A stretch of 63,246 nucleotides of DNA, filler included. It is 4 parts of 4 records of this genome, joined end to end, with 100 filler letters (N's around TTAATTAATTAA, not from the genome) between each part and the next. Parts side by side here need not be neighbours in the genome. Positions count along the whole stretch, not along the records: positions 32,066 to 51,691 come from SRR31156797_4919; 3 more parts are not named here. One strand, given 5' to 3'. The position numbers and the translations under genes were made by a program. This document shows positions 39,541-48,917 of the stretch, piece by piece. The notes beneath the pieces were generated by a model. That model did no database searches. It worked only from the letters and a program-made list of their open reading frames with translations, and was not told the DNA's origin. Each line of letters opens with the position of its first letter. Positions within the stretch are counted from its first letter, which is position 1.

Positions 39541-40422
39541 ATGAAGTATATTGACTATCAGGAAACAGAAAACATTGGAACTAATTTTTTTCATATTTGC
39601 TATCAAAATACTATTTTTGGAGATGAAAATAAGGAAATGCACCTCCATTGGCATAATGAAATGGAAATTATCAGAGTATTATCAGGAGAAATGATTTTTT
39701 ATATAGATGGAATTGAAAAAAAAGTTAAAGAAGGAGATATTTTATTACTATTACCTAAAGTACTCCATTCTGGATTTAGTACAAATAATTCTCAATGTCA
39801 ACTTGATAGTTTGATGTTTGGTATAGGGATGTTAAAGAGTCAGGGAATGGATTCTTGCGAATCACGATATATAAACCCACTTCTATCTGGAGAGTTTGTA
39901 TTTCCAAATATAATTAACAAAACTTATTCTTTCTATGATGACTTAAATAATTTAATTAGCAATATAAAAATATTAATTGAAAATAAAAATTATGCTTATG
40001 AATTTAGTGTTAAATCTCAGCTATTTTCATTGTTCTTTATTTTATTTGATAATAAATTAAATAAAATAAACACTGAATTTAAGAGAATGAATAAAAAAGT
40101 GGATATGTTAAAAGACGTTATTGAGTATATTGAAATCAATTATTCAACTAAAATAACTATAGAAGAGGCAAGTAAATCAGTTAATTTAAGTAAATTTTAT
40201 TTTTGCAAATTTTTTAAAAATATGACAGGTATTTCTTTCATCCCATATCTAAATGATTACAGACTTGCTAAAGCTGCTAACATGATAATCTCAAGTGATG
40301 AATCGATTACAGACATAGCTTTCAAATGCGGATTTGAAAGTTATTCATATTTTATTAATTTATTTAAAAAAAAGCACTTAAATACTCCATTAAATTATAG
40401 AAAAAAATACAGGATATACTAA
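39541..40422 (+). CDS. AraC family regulator with a cupin sensor domain
   Basis: LHWHNEMEI cupin motif; FCKFFK...ITDIA..CGF...SYF HTH. Confidence 0.93.
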   Translation: MKYIDYQETENIGTNFFHICYQNTIFGDENKEMHLHWHNEMEIIRVLSGEMIFYIDGIEKKVKEGDILLLLPKVLHSGFSTNNSQCQLDSLMFGIGMLKSQGMDSCESRYINPLLSGEFVFPNIINKTYSFYDDLNNLISNIKILIENKNYAYEFSVKSQLFSLFFILFDNKLNKINTEFKRMNKKVDMLKDVIEYIEINYSTKITIEEASKSVNLSKFYFCKFFKNMTGISFIPYLNDYRLAKAANMIISSDESITDIAFKCGFESYSYFINLFKKKHLNTPLNYRKKYRIY

Positions 40423-40453
40423 TTGTTTCTTTAAACTTTATTTATTTTAAGCA

Positions 40454-40519
40454 TTGTATTTATAGATTATCGCTGGTATAATAGTATTAAAAACAGAGTA
40501 GTCTTAAAAGTACTACTCT
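40454..40519 (+). promoter_or_regulatory. Promoter plus leader dyad for the 40558 gene
   Basis: TTGTAT-N17-TATAAT with an extended -10 TG (40454-40482); AGAGTAGT-N9-ACTACTCT at 40495-40519. Confidence 0.55.
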
Positions 40520-40557
40520 AAGCTATTTTTTTTGATACGATATGCGGAGGTAATACA

Positions 40558-42438
40558 ATGAATGATAATTATATTGATTTAGGAATGACAAAGGCAAAAG
40601 CTTCATATAGAAAATTTATTAGAAATTCAAAAGTTTTTTTAGGATTGAATCTATTTAAAAAAAATAATGATTTAAAAAAATTTATAGAGGTGCAGAAAAA
40701 GTATAAAGCATACAATAGTGTTAGTTTGGGGATAAAAAATGTGCCTATTAATGAAATAGTTGGAAGTGTACAAAAATACGCTGATTTTGGCAGGAATTTT
40801 GTGCCAAAAAACGAGATTGTTGAAGACAGATGGTGTAGTGTTTATCTTGCATTTGAAAATGATATATCACTTCCTCCTGTAGAACTATATAAGGTCAAAA
40901 ATGAATATTTCGTTTATGATGGTAATCACCGAATATCAGTTTATAACTTCTTAAAATTCAAAACTATAGAAGCTGAAGTGATTGAATATTTACCCTCTAC
41001 ACAAAACAAAGAGGATATAATCTATAGAGAGCAGTTTCTATTTGAAAAGGAGTATGATGTTAAAGATATCATATTTAGTGAAGTTCATTTTTATAGAAAA
41101 ATAAAAAAAGAGATTCAGGATTTCAAAAGTTATTTAGTGGAAAAAGAGGAGAAAGAAGTTACTAATAAAGAAGCTGCTATGATCTGGCATACTTCATTGT
41201 ATCTTCCTGCTATACGAATATTAGAAGCAAATGATCTGCTTCAAATTATCAAAGACAGAACTATTTCTGATATTTTTATGTATTTTCTTGATCATAAATA
41301 TTACAAAACATTAGAGGCAAATCTCAATGTGGTTTATTCATATGCAATTATTGATTTTATCAATCATGTAAAGACCTATTCAGATGCAGCTGTTGAAAAT
41401 AGAGCTAAAATAGAAGGAATACTTAGAAGTGAATATTACAAAATAAGAGAAATAGAAGAAAAAATGGAGATGGATAAAGTAATTTTGCGTAAGCTGAATA
41501 TTTTAAGGGAAAATACCAAACTTAATTTTAAACTTAACTATACTTCTACTTTGAACGAAATTGATAATTATTCTGAAATAAAGGGAATACTTAATTACAA
41601 AGAAGCAGTAAAAGAATGGTATAAAGAACATGTTATGGATTTAATAGATGAGTTCAAGTTAAGAGTTTCTGAGCTTCCTAAGAGATACTCCGCTCATTTA
41701 GATGAGATCTCAACAGATTATGAGCTTCTATTTTATCACTTCAAATCTTATCCGCTTATTTATGAAAAAAAGTATAACAAAAAAGTCGAGGGATTAGTGG
41801 CAAGTTATATACTTGATATCTATATCCCATTAGTAGAGTTTATAAGCAGAAAAATAATAAATGAAAATAGTGTCAACAGAGTTTACAAAGGAATATACTC
41901 AAAATATATCCAGCTCAGCACCTATAATGAAAGCTTAAGCCTAATCGATACAGCTGAGATGTTTATGAAATATAAAGATGCTAAAAGTAACAATAACTTT
42001 GACCTGTTTGCTATAATTAGTTCAACTAGTCCGAGACCAAATAAGATGCTTGAGAGAAGTTTAAGCACCGCTGAGTCCAATGTTTCTTCATTCTTAAAAG
42101 ATAGTATGAAAAGATATGAAAAACTCGCTGATCATGAGTCAGTACATAAATTTGAGGAGATCTATTTTCAATATTTGGACAAATACTCTAACAGGAAAAA
42201 AGTTGAATCAAAATTCAAAAAGGATTTAGAAATACTATTTGATAATAAGGACTTAAATATCTTCTTTAAAAGCAGGTGTGTTTCTATGAAACTTAACACC
42301 GGTGGAAATACCAGCTTTCTTGAATTTTATATTAGTATAATAAATTCGGCACTTTATTGTGGTCATAATATTGACTCAAGCATTACCGAATTAACTGATA
42401 AATATATAAAAACATTATGTGAAATAAACTATGACTAA
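40558..42438 (+). CDS. ParB/Srx-like N-terminal domain protein (DUF4032-associated type) with a long helical C-terminus
   Basis: VPINEIVGSV.KY.DF...F.P...RW...LPPVELYK...YFVYDGNHRISV. Confidence 0.75.
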   Translation: MNDNYIDLGMTKAKASYRKFIRNSKVFLGLNLFKKNNDLKKFIEVQKKYKAYNSVSLGIKNVPINEIVGSVQKYADFGRNFVPKNEIVEDRWCSVYLAFENDISLPPVELYKVKNEYFVYDGNHRISVYNFLKFKTIEAEVIEYLPSTQNKEDIIYREQFLFEKEYDVKDIIFSEVHFYRKIKKEIQDFKSYLVEKEEKEVTNKEAAMIWHTSLYLPAIRILEANDLLQIIKDRTISDIFMYFLDHKYYKTLEANLNVVYSYAIIDFINHVKTYSDAAVENRAKIEGILRSEYYKIREIEEKMEMDKVILRKLNILRENTKLNFKLNYTSTLNEIDNYSEIKGILNYKEAVKEWYKEHVMDLIDEFKLRVSELPKRYSAHLDEISTDYELLFYHFKSYPLIYEKKYNKKVEGLVASYILDIYIPLVEFISRKIINENSVNRVYKGIYSKYIQLSTYNESLSLIDTAEMFMKYKDAKSNNNFDLFAIISSTSPRPNKMLERSLSTAESNVSSFLKDSMKRYEKLADHESVHKFEEIYFQYLDKYSNRKKVESKFKKDLEILFDNKDLNIFFKSRCVSMKLNTGGNTSFLEFYISIINSALYCGHNIDSSITELTDKYIKTLCEINYD

Positions 42439-42443
42439 AAACC

Positions 42444-42482
42444 AAAATCTGAGCAGAGAAATATGATCTCTGCTCAGATTTT
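42444..42482. terminator. Bidirectional terminator
   Basis: AAAATCTGAGCAGAGA-N7-TCTCTGCTCAGATTTT perfect 16-bp arms. Confidence 0.85.
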
Positions 42483-42491
42483 TATTAATAA

Positions 42492-43493
42492 TTACAAATA
42501 TAAGATTTTATTCATTGCTAATAAATTTTCACTCGGAGTTGCTGCCGGTACTTCACAGCCTCCTGCCATAAAGGTTTTTTCATCTGCTATTTCAAGTAAT
42601 GCTTTTGTTTTCGATACAATGCTATCAGAGTCTGTTCTTTCCATCTCTCCTACCGGATCAAGATTTCCGCTTACACAAGTTTTAGTACCTTTGAAAGTCT
42701 CTACCGCTACTTTGAAATCAACTACGTGATCTACATCAAGCATATCTACTCCCAGCTCTTTAATTTTAGGTAATAAAGGCTGAATGTTACCACAGATATG
42801 AAGTTTCATCTTCGCACCCATTTCCTGTATCTCTTCGCACATTTTCTTCTGATAAGGGAATGCAAATTGCTCATATAACTCAGGCCCTATTAATGAAGCT
42901 GCAGCATCTCCTACACCGATTATATCTGCTCCTGCCTTGATCTGTTCTTTTGCAAACCACATATTCTGCTCATAAGTCTTCTCAAGTAATTCTTTGCAAA
43001 ATTCAGGTTTCATGATCAAATCCATCATCATCTCACTAAGCCCCCTTAAATCAGCTGCTTCAGCAAATGCTCCCTCTACCCAACCAATAATCGGATACTT
43101 ATCTCCTACTTTTTCTTTATAAAGTTCAACTGCTTTGATCCTATCAAGCATTCTCTCAGATTCACGTGGATTTACAACTTTTACTTTTGAAATATCATCA
43201 TAATCCTGAATCAAATGATTAAGTGAATATGGAACTCCATCCTCAGGGAAAACTACTTCCGCACCCATTCCCTCTGCTTCTCTCATCGGATCAGACATAC
43301 ATGTTACGAAATCAATACCGTATTTCTCTGCAAATTTGATATTTCCCTCAACTAATTTCTCATAATTTGTGATAAATTCCTTATAGCTGCACCCTATCTC
43401 TTTCGCAGCTATTTGCATAATCAAATTACAATTTGGTATCTTATCTACTTCTTTTCCTTCAAACCTGTTCATAACCCGTTCTTTTGGTGTCAT
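42492..43493 (-). CDS. MtaA/CmuA-type corrinoid methyltransferase (URO-D family)
   Basis: MTPKER, EAEGMGA, AGADIIGVGD, and the zinc-ligand pattern LHICG ... GNLDP ... GGCEV. Confidence 0.88.
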   Translation of the reverse strand: MTPKERVMNRFEGKEVDKIPNCNLIMQIAAKEIGCSYKEFITNYEKLVEGNIKFAEKYGIDFVTCMSDPMREAEGMGAEVVFPEDGVPYSLNHLIQDYDDISKVKVVNPRESERMLDRIKAVELYKEKVGDKYPIIGWVEGAFAEAADLRGLSEMMMDLIMKPEFCKELLEKTYEQNMWFAKEQIKAGADIIGVGDAAASLIGPELYEQFAFPYQKKMCEEIQEMGAKMKLHICGNIQPLLPKIKELGVDMLDVDHVVDFKVAVETFKGTKTCVSGNLDPVGEMERTDSDSIVSKTKALLEIADEKTFMAGGCEVPAATPSENLLAMNKILYL

Positions 43494-43514
43494 TACTACC
43501 TCCTAAAGTGAAAA

Positions 43515-43784
43515 TTATTTTTCTATCTCTTTTTTACCTAAGCTTTTAATTTTATAAACTAATATTGTCATCGCTAATACAAGAGTTATCAGATTCGCTG
43601 AAAATATAGCTATATCTTTCAAGTGAGCACCATAGAGCACCCACAAGAAAACTCCTATATTAAACATCAAATACATCCAAGTAGAGATACCATCAGTATT
43701 TTTAGTTTTTATTGTCTTTATCGCTTGCGGCAGAAACGAACTAGTCGTCAAAACTGCTGCAAGCACTCCTATTATCCTAAACAT
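43515..43784 (-). CDS. SemiSWEET sugar transporter
   Basis: IG..AA.LTT.SFLPQ.IK..KTK.T.GIS PQ-loop motif and LW..YG; 3 TM. Confidence 0.93.
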   Translation of the reverse strand: MFRIIGVLAAVLTTSSFLPQAIKTIKTKNTDGISTWMYLMFNIGVFLWVLYGAHLKDIAIFSANLITLVLAMTILVYKIKSLGKKEIEK

Positions 43785-43809
43785 TGCTTTACTCCTCTTT
43801 AATAATTCG

Positions 43810-43833
43810 GGCGTATATCAATACGCCCTTACT
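43810..43833. repeat. REP-like palindrome
   Basis: GGGCGTAT-ATCA-ATACGCCC followed by TTAC (GTAA foot on the minus strand). Confidence 0.5.
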
Positions 43834-43853
43834 CCCCTAAATACGTTCAATAG

Positions 43854-43900
43854 GTTGCCCCTTATCAGGGGGATAACCGATAACAAAGGAAGGGGGTTAG
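43854..43900. repeat. Purine/pyrimidine CCCCT..AGGGG element, copy 1
   Basis: GGTTGCCCCTTATCAGGGGGATAACC...AAAGGAAGGGGGTTAG. Confidence 0.45.
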
Positions 43901-43916
43901 CCCTAAAAGTAAGAAC

Positions 43917-45830
43917 TTAGCCCTTAAAAGTAACCTTTCTCAAAATAGTCCCACCTAGAGGTAAAAATTCCTTCTTCTCTAACTGCTTATGTCTGCTATG
44001 ATAAAGATCACCTGTTAATTTGATACTTGTACTCCACGGGTCTTTTTCGTTAAACTCTCCCATCACTATATCAAAATGTGGAACAGAATCATCTTTCAGA
44101 TGCAGATAATTAAATTCATGATTTGTAGGTCTATAATATAAATCTCTATAGGTTCCAACTTCAAAAGTTTTTGTTACTTCTTCCTGAGCATCAAGATTAA
44201 GAGCAAATAACAGTGGTCCTCTCGTTACAAACTTTTCTCCCTGAAGATCAGTTTTTAACTCTATATCCGCTATAAAATTAACTTTAATTTCTTCTGTCCC
44301 TGACCAAGTTTTAGAAATAATTATCTTATTTCTTTTAATCTCACTCTTAACTGACTCTCCGTTTATTAATACATCTTTTGCCCATACAGGTTTTCTAAGA
44401 GATAATTCGAACTCTACCTCTTTTTCAACAGATATTTTCAGATCTACATTCAGATCAAAAGGATAGTTTGTAAGCTGTTCAACATTTATTTTTGTCCCAT
44501 TTATCTCAGTATTAACTGATGACGCCCCGTAAAGTGGAATAGCTATTCCTTTATCTGTTTTCATGGCCATAGATTTTACGAAATACGGCAGTACTCTTCC
44601 TGCATTTGGTACACAACAAACTGCTACATCCTGATGTGCAGGTGAATATTTGAATCTGAAATCAGGACTTCCGTTATGACTCTTTCCCTCTTTTTTAGCT
44701 CCAACCATTGTGTACGAATTATCAGTTTTACAATATGCTATTAAACTCTCATGTGGATGTCTTGCTCCCTGTCCTGCATTGTACAGAAGCCACTCCATTT
44801 TATCTGCCCAGATAAAATCACCTGATTTTTGAAGCAGTAAACTATATGAATCCAGCAACTCGTGAATAGAGCAATATTCATATCCGGTTTCCGTTGAATC
44901 TGCTGCTCTTTGGAATACCCATTCATCTCCAATAGGCCCTCCAGACGGCGTTAAATGATAGCTTAGCTTATTTAGATAAGCATCAAGAGCTCTTCTATAG
45001 TTTTCTTCTTTTGAATTATAAGCTGCAACTATTAGAGTTCTAAGCTGCTCATATGTATGAACTGCGTGTCCCCAGAATTTATAATCATAATCTAACAAAT
45101 TATGAATCTGAATATCCGGTTCACTCAAAGTATTTGAATTGTAATTATCATATAACCAAACTGCATAATCGGCATATTCTTTCTTCCCGGTTAATTGATA
45201 TAATCTATCCAATGCATCAGTAATAGTAAGTCCATGTGCATGACCGGCATATGATTCTTTTTCAGCTTTAAATGGATCTGACTTGTCTTTTTTATATGAG
45301 TTCATTGTAACCGACATAGCTCTCTCGACTGCTTCCAGTACTCTCTCTTCACCAGTTGCTTCGTAATAACCAAGCAGTACTCTAAACAATGAAGATTGTG
45401 CCCAAAGTTCACCATTTTCTCCATCAAAATTATATCTAAGATCATCTTCGTAAATCCCTAAATAGCCGTCTTCATCTTGAGTAGATAAGATATAATCTAC
45501 ATAATCTTTTGTTTTCTTTAGATACTCTTCACTCTCTGTTAGAAGAGCTGTTCTAACATAACCATCTCTCCAGTTAGATTGAGTCTCACTGTTCCACCAC
45601 AAATACTGAACTTCCCAATCTGCATCTTGTGAGATAGCACCTACATCTTTGCTCTTCACATGTTTTGTTAATCTATTTTTTCCATATATATCATCTTCTA
45701 ATATTAAGTCCGGAACTAATTGATCCAAATGACCAATAAATCCATTCTCCAGATCATTTTTCATCTGCTCATACATCCAACCTTTTGCTTTAATTTCACC
45801 AAATTTTAACCACATATTCTTTTCTTTCAT
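43917..45830 (-). CDS. GH127/GH146-like glycoside hydrolase (beta-L-arabinofuranosidase superfamily)
   Basis: IKAKGW, Q.EDGYLG, YEYC, ME.LLYNA, VCC.PN, TNYPF and RGPLLFAL motifs. Confidence 0.85.
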   Translation of the reverse strand: MKEKNMWLKFGEIKAKGWMYEQMKNDLENGFIGHLDQLVPDLILEDDIYGKNRLTKHVKSKDVGAISQDADWEVQYLWWNSETQSNWRDGYVRTALLTESEEYLKKTKDYVDYILSTQDEDGYLGIYEDDLRYNFDGENGELWAQSSLFRVLLGYYEATGEERVLEAVERAMSVTMNSYKKDKSDPFKAEKESYAGHAHGLTITDALDRLYQLTGKKEYADYAVWLYDNYNSNTLSEPDIQIHNLLDYDYKFWGHAVHTYEQLRTLIVAAYNSKEENYRRALDAYLNKLSYHLTPSGGPIGDEWVFQRAADSTETGYEYCSIHELLDSYSLLLQKSGDFIWADKMEWLLYNAGQGARHPHESLIAYCKTDNSYTMVGAKKEGKSHNGSPDFRFKYSPAHQDVAVCCVPNAGRVLPYFVKSMAMKTDKGIAIPLYGASSVNTEINGTKINVEQLTNYPFDLNVDLKISVEKEVEFELSLRKPVWAKDVLINGESVKSEIKRNKIIISKTWSGTEEIKVNFIADIELKTDLQGEKFVTRGPLLFALNLDAQEEVTKTFEVGTYRDLYYRPTNHEFNYLHLKDDSVPHFDIVMGEFNEKDPWSTSIKLTGDLYHSRHKQLEKKEFLPLGGTILRKVTFKG

Positions 45831-45980
45831 TATTTATCCTCACTTTCACTAACAAAATCAAAATCTTAACCGTGCTTTCGCAGCACACGCGCAAACCTTA
45901 CGTTTGATCGTTTATAAAACCAAATAATTAATTCTAAACTATCAAAATTTCTAACACTTAAATACCCGAATACTATACTT

Positions 45981-46018
45981 TTCCTTTCCCCTTACCAAGG
46001 GGAAAGATAGAAAGGGGT
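45981..46018. repeat. Purine/pyrimidine CCCCT..AGGGG element, copy 2
   Basis: TTCCTTTCCCCTTACCAAGGGGAAAGATAGAAAGGGGT. Confidence 0.5.
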
Positions 46019-47752
46019 CTAAACCCTTTTCAAAATAGCACCACTATTTTTATGTATTAGAATCTCATTCTCAAGTATCATTCCTGTAAGTAAATCTTTG
46101 TACCTACCGTCAAATCTCTGAATATATTCAAACTCTCTTCTGTTAATATAAACTACTATCTCTTCATCTTCTAGCGTTCTCTTATATCCGACTATTTCAT
46201 CGTGAATAAACTCTACTTCTCCTTCTGTTAAAGCTTTTTCTGAATTTCTAATATTGATTAATTTTCTGTAGAAATTTTGTAACTCTTTGTTTTGTTTCTT
46301 CTCATCCCAGATCATTCCCTGTCTATTCTTAGGATCTTCTTCTCCTATCATCCCTACTTCATCACCATAATAGATCATAGGACTTCCTGTAAATGTCATT
46401 TGAAGCAAAGCTATCATTTTCATTCTAGCCAAACTATTTCTATGATCTCCAAATATTCTAGGTGTATCATGACCACCAATTAAATTCCATAAGATGCTAC
46501 ATGGTTGCCTCATATATTTTGCATTTTGAAGCAGTAGATTTTTCTTTAAACTTTCCAAACTATCATTCTCTAGAAAATATGAGTACATCGCTCCCATAAA
46601 TCCATAATTCATCACTGAATCAAACATATCTCCCTGTAGCCACGTCGTAGCATCGTACCAGACTTCACCTATAATTACAGCATCTGCTTTAGCATTTTTA
46701 ACTGTTCTTCTAAAGTCTCTCCAAAATGTTCGCGAGACTTCATCTGCTGCATCCAGTCTCCATCCATCAATATCAAACTCTTTTATCCAGTACTCTGCTA
46801 CTCCAAGGATATACTTTGAAACTTCTGCGTGAGGAAGATTTAATTTTGGCATATCGTATTCATATGCGAATGTTCTATAGTTTGGTAATTGATGATAATC
46901 ATAATTTTGTAAAGGGTAGGAATCAACATAATACCAATTTTTATATTTTGATTTCTTTCCTTTCTCTTTTAAATCTTTAAATGCGAAAAAGTTATCACTT
47001 GTATGGTTAAATACTGCATCCAGTACTATTTTTATTCCCTTTTTGTGTGCTTGCTTTACCAACTCTCTAAACTCTTCTTTTGTGCCAAGTTCAGGAGAAA
47101 TCTCATAAAAATCCTCTATGTCATATCTATGTGGTGTTGGAGATTTAAAAATTGGATTCAGATATAAACATGATATTCCCAGTTCTTTTAGATAATCCAA
47201 TTTATCCATTATTCCTCTGAAATTTCCTCCAAGGAAAGTATCTCCCTCCACGTCATACTCCCATGCTTTCAATTCTCTTTTAGTTTTAACTTTATCATTT
47301 CTGGCAAATCTATCTGGGAATAAATTATAAACAACTGAATTTTTCATCCACTCTAGTACTACGAACATATCTGCTTCTGATAGAGAAGACGTATCAAATG
47401 AAAATCCTAAGTTAGGAATATCTCCACTAAAGAAAATATCTCCTCCCCATCTAACTATCTCATCCCATGAATAAAGCTCGAAGAAATAATTTACACTAAT
47501 CCCCTCATACTTCACTACAGCTTCAAAATAATCATACATATCATCTGATGCTATTTTTTTCATCTCAACTGGTTCCCATTGAGTTTTAACACCTCTTTTT
47601 TGCTCTCTGATATATATAAATTTACATTGGTGATATAAAATAACTTTATTTAGATCACCTTTTGAAGCTTTTAATTTAATAACTATATTATCCTTGTCGA
47701 GTAAATACGCATATTCCGAATTTATCCGATGATATAACGCCTGCCTGTTCAT
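46019..47752 (-). CDS. GH13 cyclomaltodextrinase/neopullulanase-type alpha-glycosidase
   Basis: N-terminal Ig domain, FPDRF, LYLNPIF, DAVFNH, DGWRLDAADE, GEVW and HDTPR; start after GGGAGG. Confidence 0.93.
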   Translation of the reverse strand: MNRQALYHRINSEYAYLLDKDNIVIKLKASKGDLNKVILYHQCKFIYIREQKRGVKTQWEPVEMKKIASDDMYDYFEAVVKYEGISVNYFFELYSWDEIVRWGGDIFFSGDIPNLGFSFDTSSLSEADMFVVLEWMKNSVVYNLFPDRFARNDKVKTKRELKAWEYDVEGDTFLGGNFRGIMDKLDYLKELGISCLYLNPIFKSPTPHRYDIEDFYEISPELGTKEEFRELVKQAHKKGIKIVLDAVFNHTSDNFFAFKDLKEKGKKSKYKNWYYVDSYPLQNYDYHQLPNYRTFAYEYDMPKLNLPHAEVSKYILGVAEYWIKEFDIDGWRLDAADEVSRTFWRDFRRTVKNAKADAVIIGEVWYDATTWLQGDMFDSVMNYGFMGAMYSYFLENDSLESLKKNLLLQNAKYMRQPCSILWNLIGGHDTPRIFGDHRNSLARMKMIALLQMTFTGSPMIYYGDEVGMIGEEDPKNRQGMIWDEKKQNKELQNFYRKLINIRNSEKALTEGEVEFIHDEIVGYKRTLEDEEIVVYINRREFEYIQRFDGRYKDLLTGMILENEILIHKNSGAILKRV

Positions 47753-47949
47753 TTCTACAACCTCCCAAAACTCCATTAAAAATAAATAATAATTTAAATA
47801 ACACTATTTTAATATTGATATATCAACTGAGTTCTAATATAATATAATTATACTTAGTTTTTTCATAACTTTCTTGCTCTATATTGACTATTAATAACAC
47901 TATATTGATATTTTTATTTTTTTATCAAAAAATGACTATGAGGTGAAAA

Positions 47950-48843
47950 ATGGAAAACCAAAATTTAACAGTACTGAAAGAAAATGTAAATCACGGAGAT
48001 TTTATGCTCCCGCTTAATGTTTATTATGATATTCTCACTAAATCCAAAAATGATCTTGATGTTCATTGGCATGAAGAGATGGAGATTATATACGTTGCTT
48101 CGGGAAAAGGAGAAGTACAAATTGATTTAATTAATTATGAGATATCAGAGGGAGAATTTATAATAGTCAAAAAAGGAGCTTTGCACTCTGCAAACGGAGT
48201 AGAGAGTTTTCCCTGTGAATGTTACACTATAGTTTTTAATATAAATATAATCAGGAGTTATGCTATAGATTCCACTCAGGTTAGTTATGTAACTCCCATT
48301 CACAAAGATAATATCTCTATAAAGAATTTGATCACTCCAAAGGATAAAGAGTATTCAAGAATCAAAGAAACTTTCTTCGATATAATCAATACTTTTAGGG
48401 CAAAAGAAACTGCTTATGAGTTAATAATTAAATCTGATTTTTTTAAGTTATTTGCAATATTATTCAAAGAAAAGTATATAGAAGAGTCATACGAAACAGT
48501 AAGTGCTGCGCAGAATAGAAAAATTGATAAAATAAAAAAAGTGATTTTGCACATACAAAATCACTATAAGGAGCATATTAAAGTTAAGGATTTAGCTGAT
48601 TTGATAAATCAAAGTGAACATCATTTTTGTAGATTTTTCAAATCACAAACTAATCAAACCTGTACTGAATATATTAATTTATACAGAGTTGGTAAAGCTG
48701 CATTTTTACTTGCAAATTCTGATCTTAGTGTAACTGACATAGCATTCGAAACAGGTTTTCAAAATATATCATATTTTATCAAAATATTCAAAAGAAAATG
48801 GTTATTATCTCCCACAGAATATAGGAAAAAAATGAAACATTAA
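47950..48843 (+). CDS. AraC family regulator with a cupin sensor domain
   Basis: VHWHEEMEI; FCRFFK; VTDIAFETGF.NISYF. Confidence 0.93.
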   Translation: MENQNLTVLKENVNHGDFMLPLNVYYDILTKSKNDLDVHWHEEMEIIYVASGKGEVQIDLINYEISEGEFIIVKKGALHSANGVESFPCECYTIVFNINIIRSYAIDSTQVSYVTPIHKDNISIKNLITPKDKEYSRIKETFFDIINTFRAKETAYELIIKSDFFKLFAILFKEKYIEESYETVSAAQNRKIDKIKKVILHIQNHYKEHIKVKDLADLINQSEHHFCRFFKSQTNQTCTEYINLYRVGKAAFLLANSDLSVTDIAFETGFQNISYFIKIFKRKWLLSPTEYRKKMKH

Positions 48844-48881
48844 GATCTAAATTTAAAGAAGCTTTAGCTGATAATTTTGAC

Positions 48882-48917
48882 ATATAAAAAGAGCGAATAA
48901 AATCGCTCTTTTTATAT
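48882..48917. terminator. Bidirectional terminator
   Basis: ATATAAAAAGAGCGA-N6-TCGCTCTTTTTATAT. Confidence 0.8.

Noticed and set aside
40558-42438. Chromosome/plasmid partition ParB or a defence system
   Set aside because: No parA, HTH, parS array or defence partner genes are visible
42492-43493. Annotation as uroporphyrinogen decarboxylase hemE
   Set aside because: Lacks the RQAGR motif and has HxC...C zinc ligands of the MtaA type
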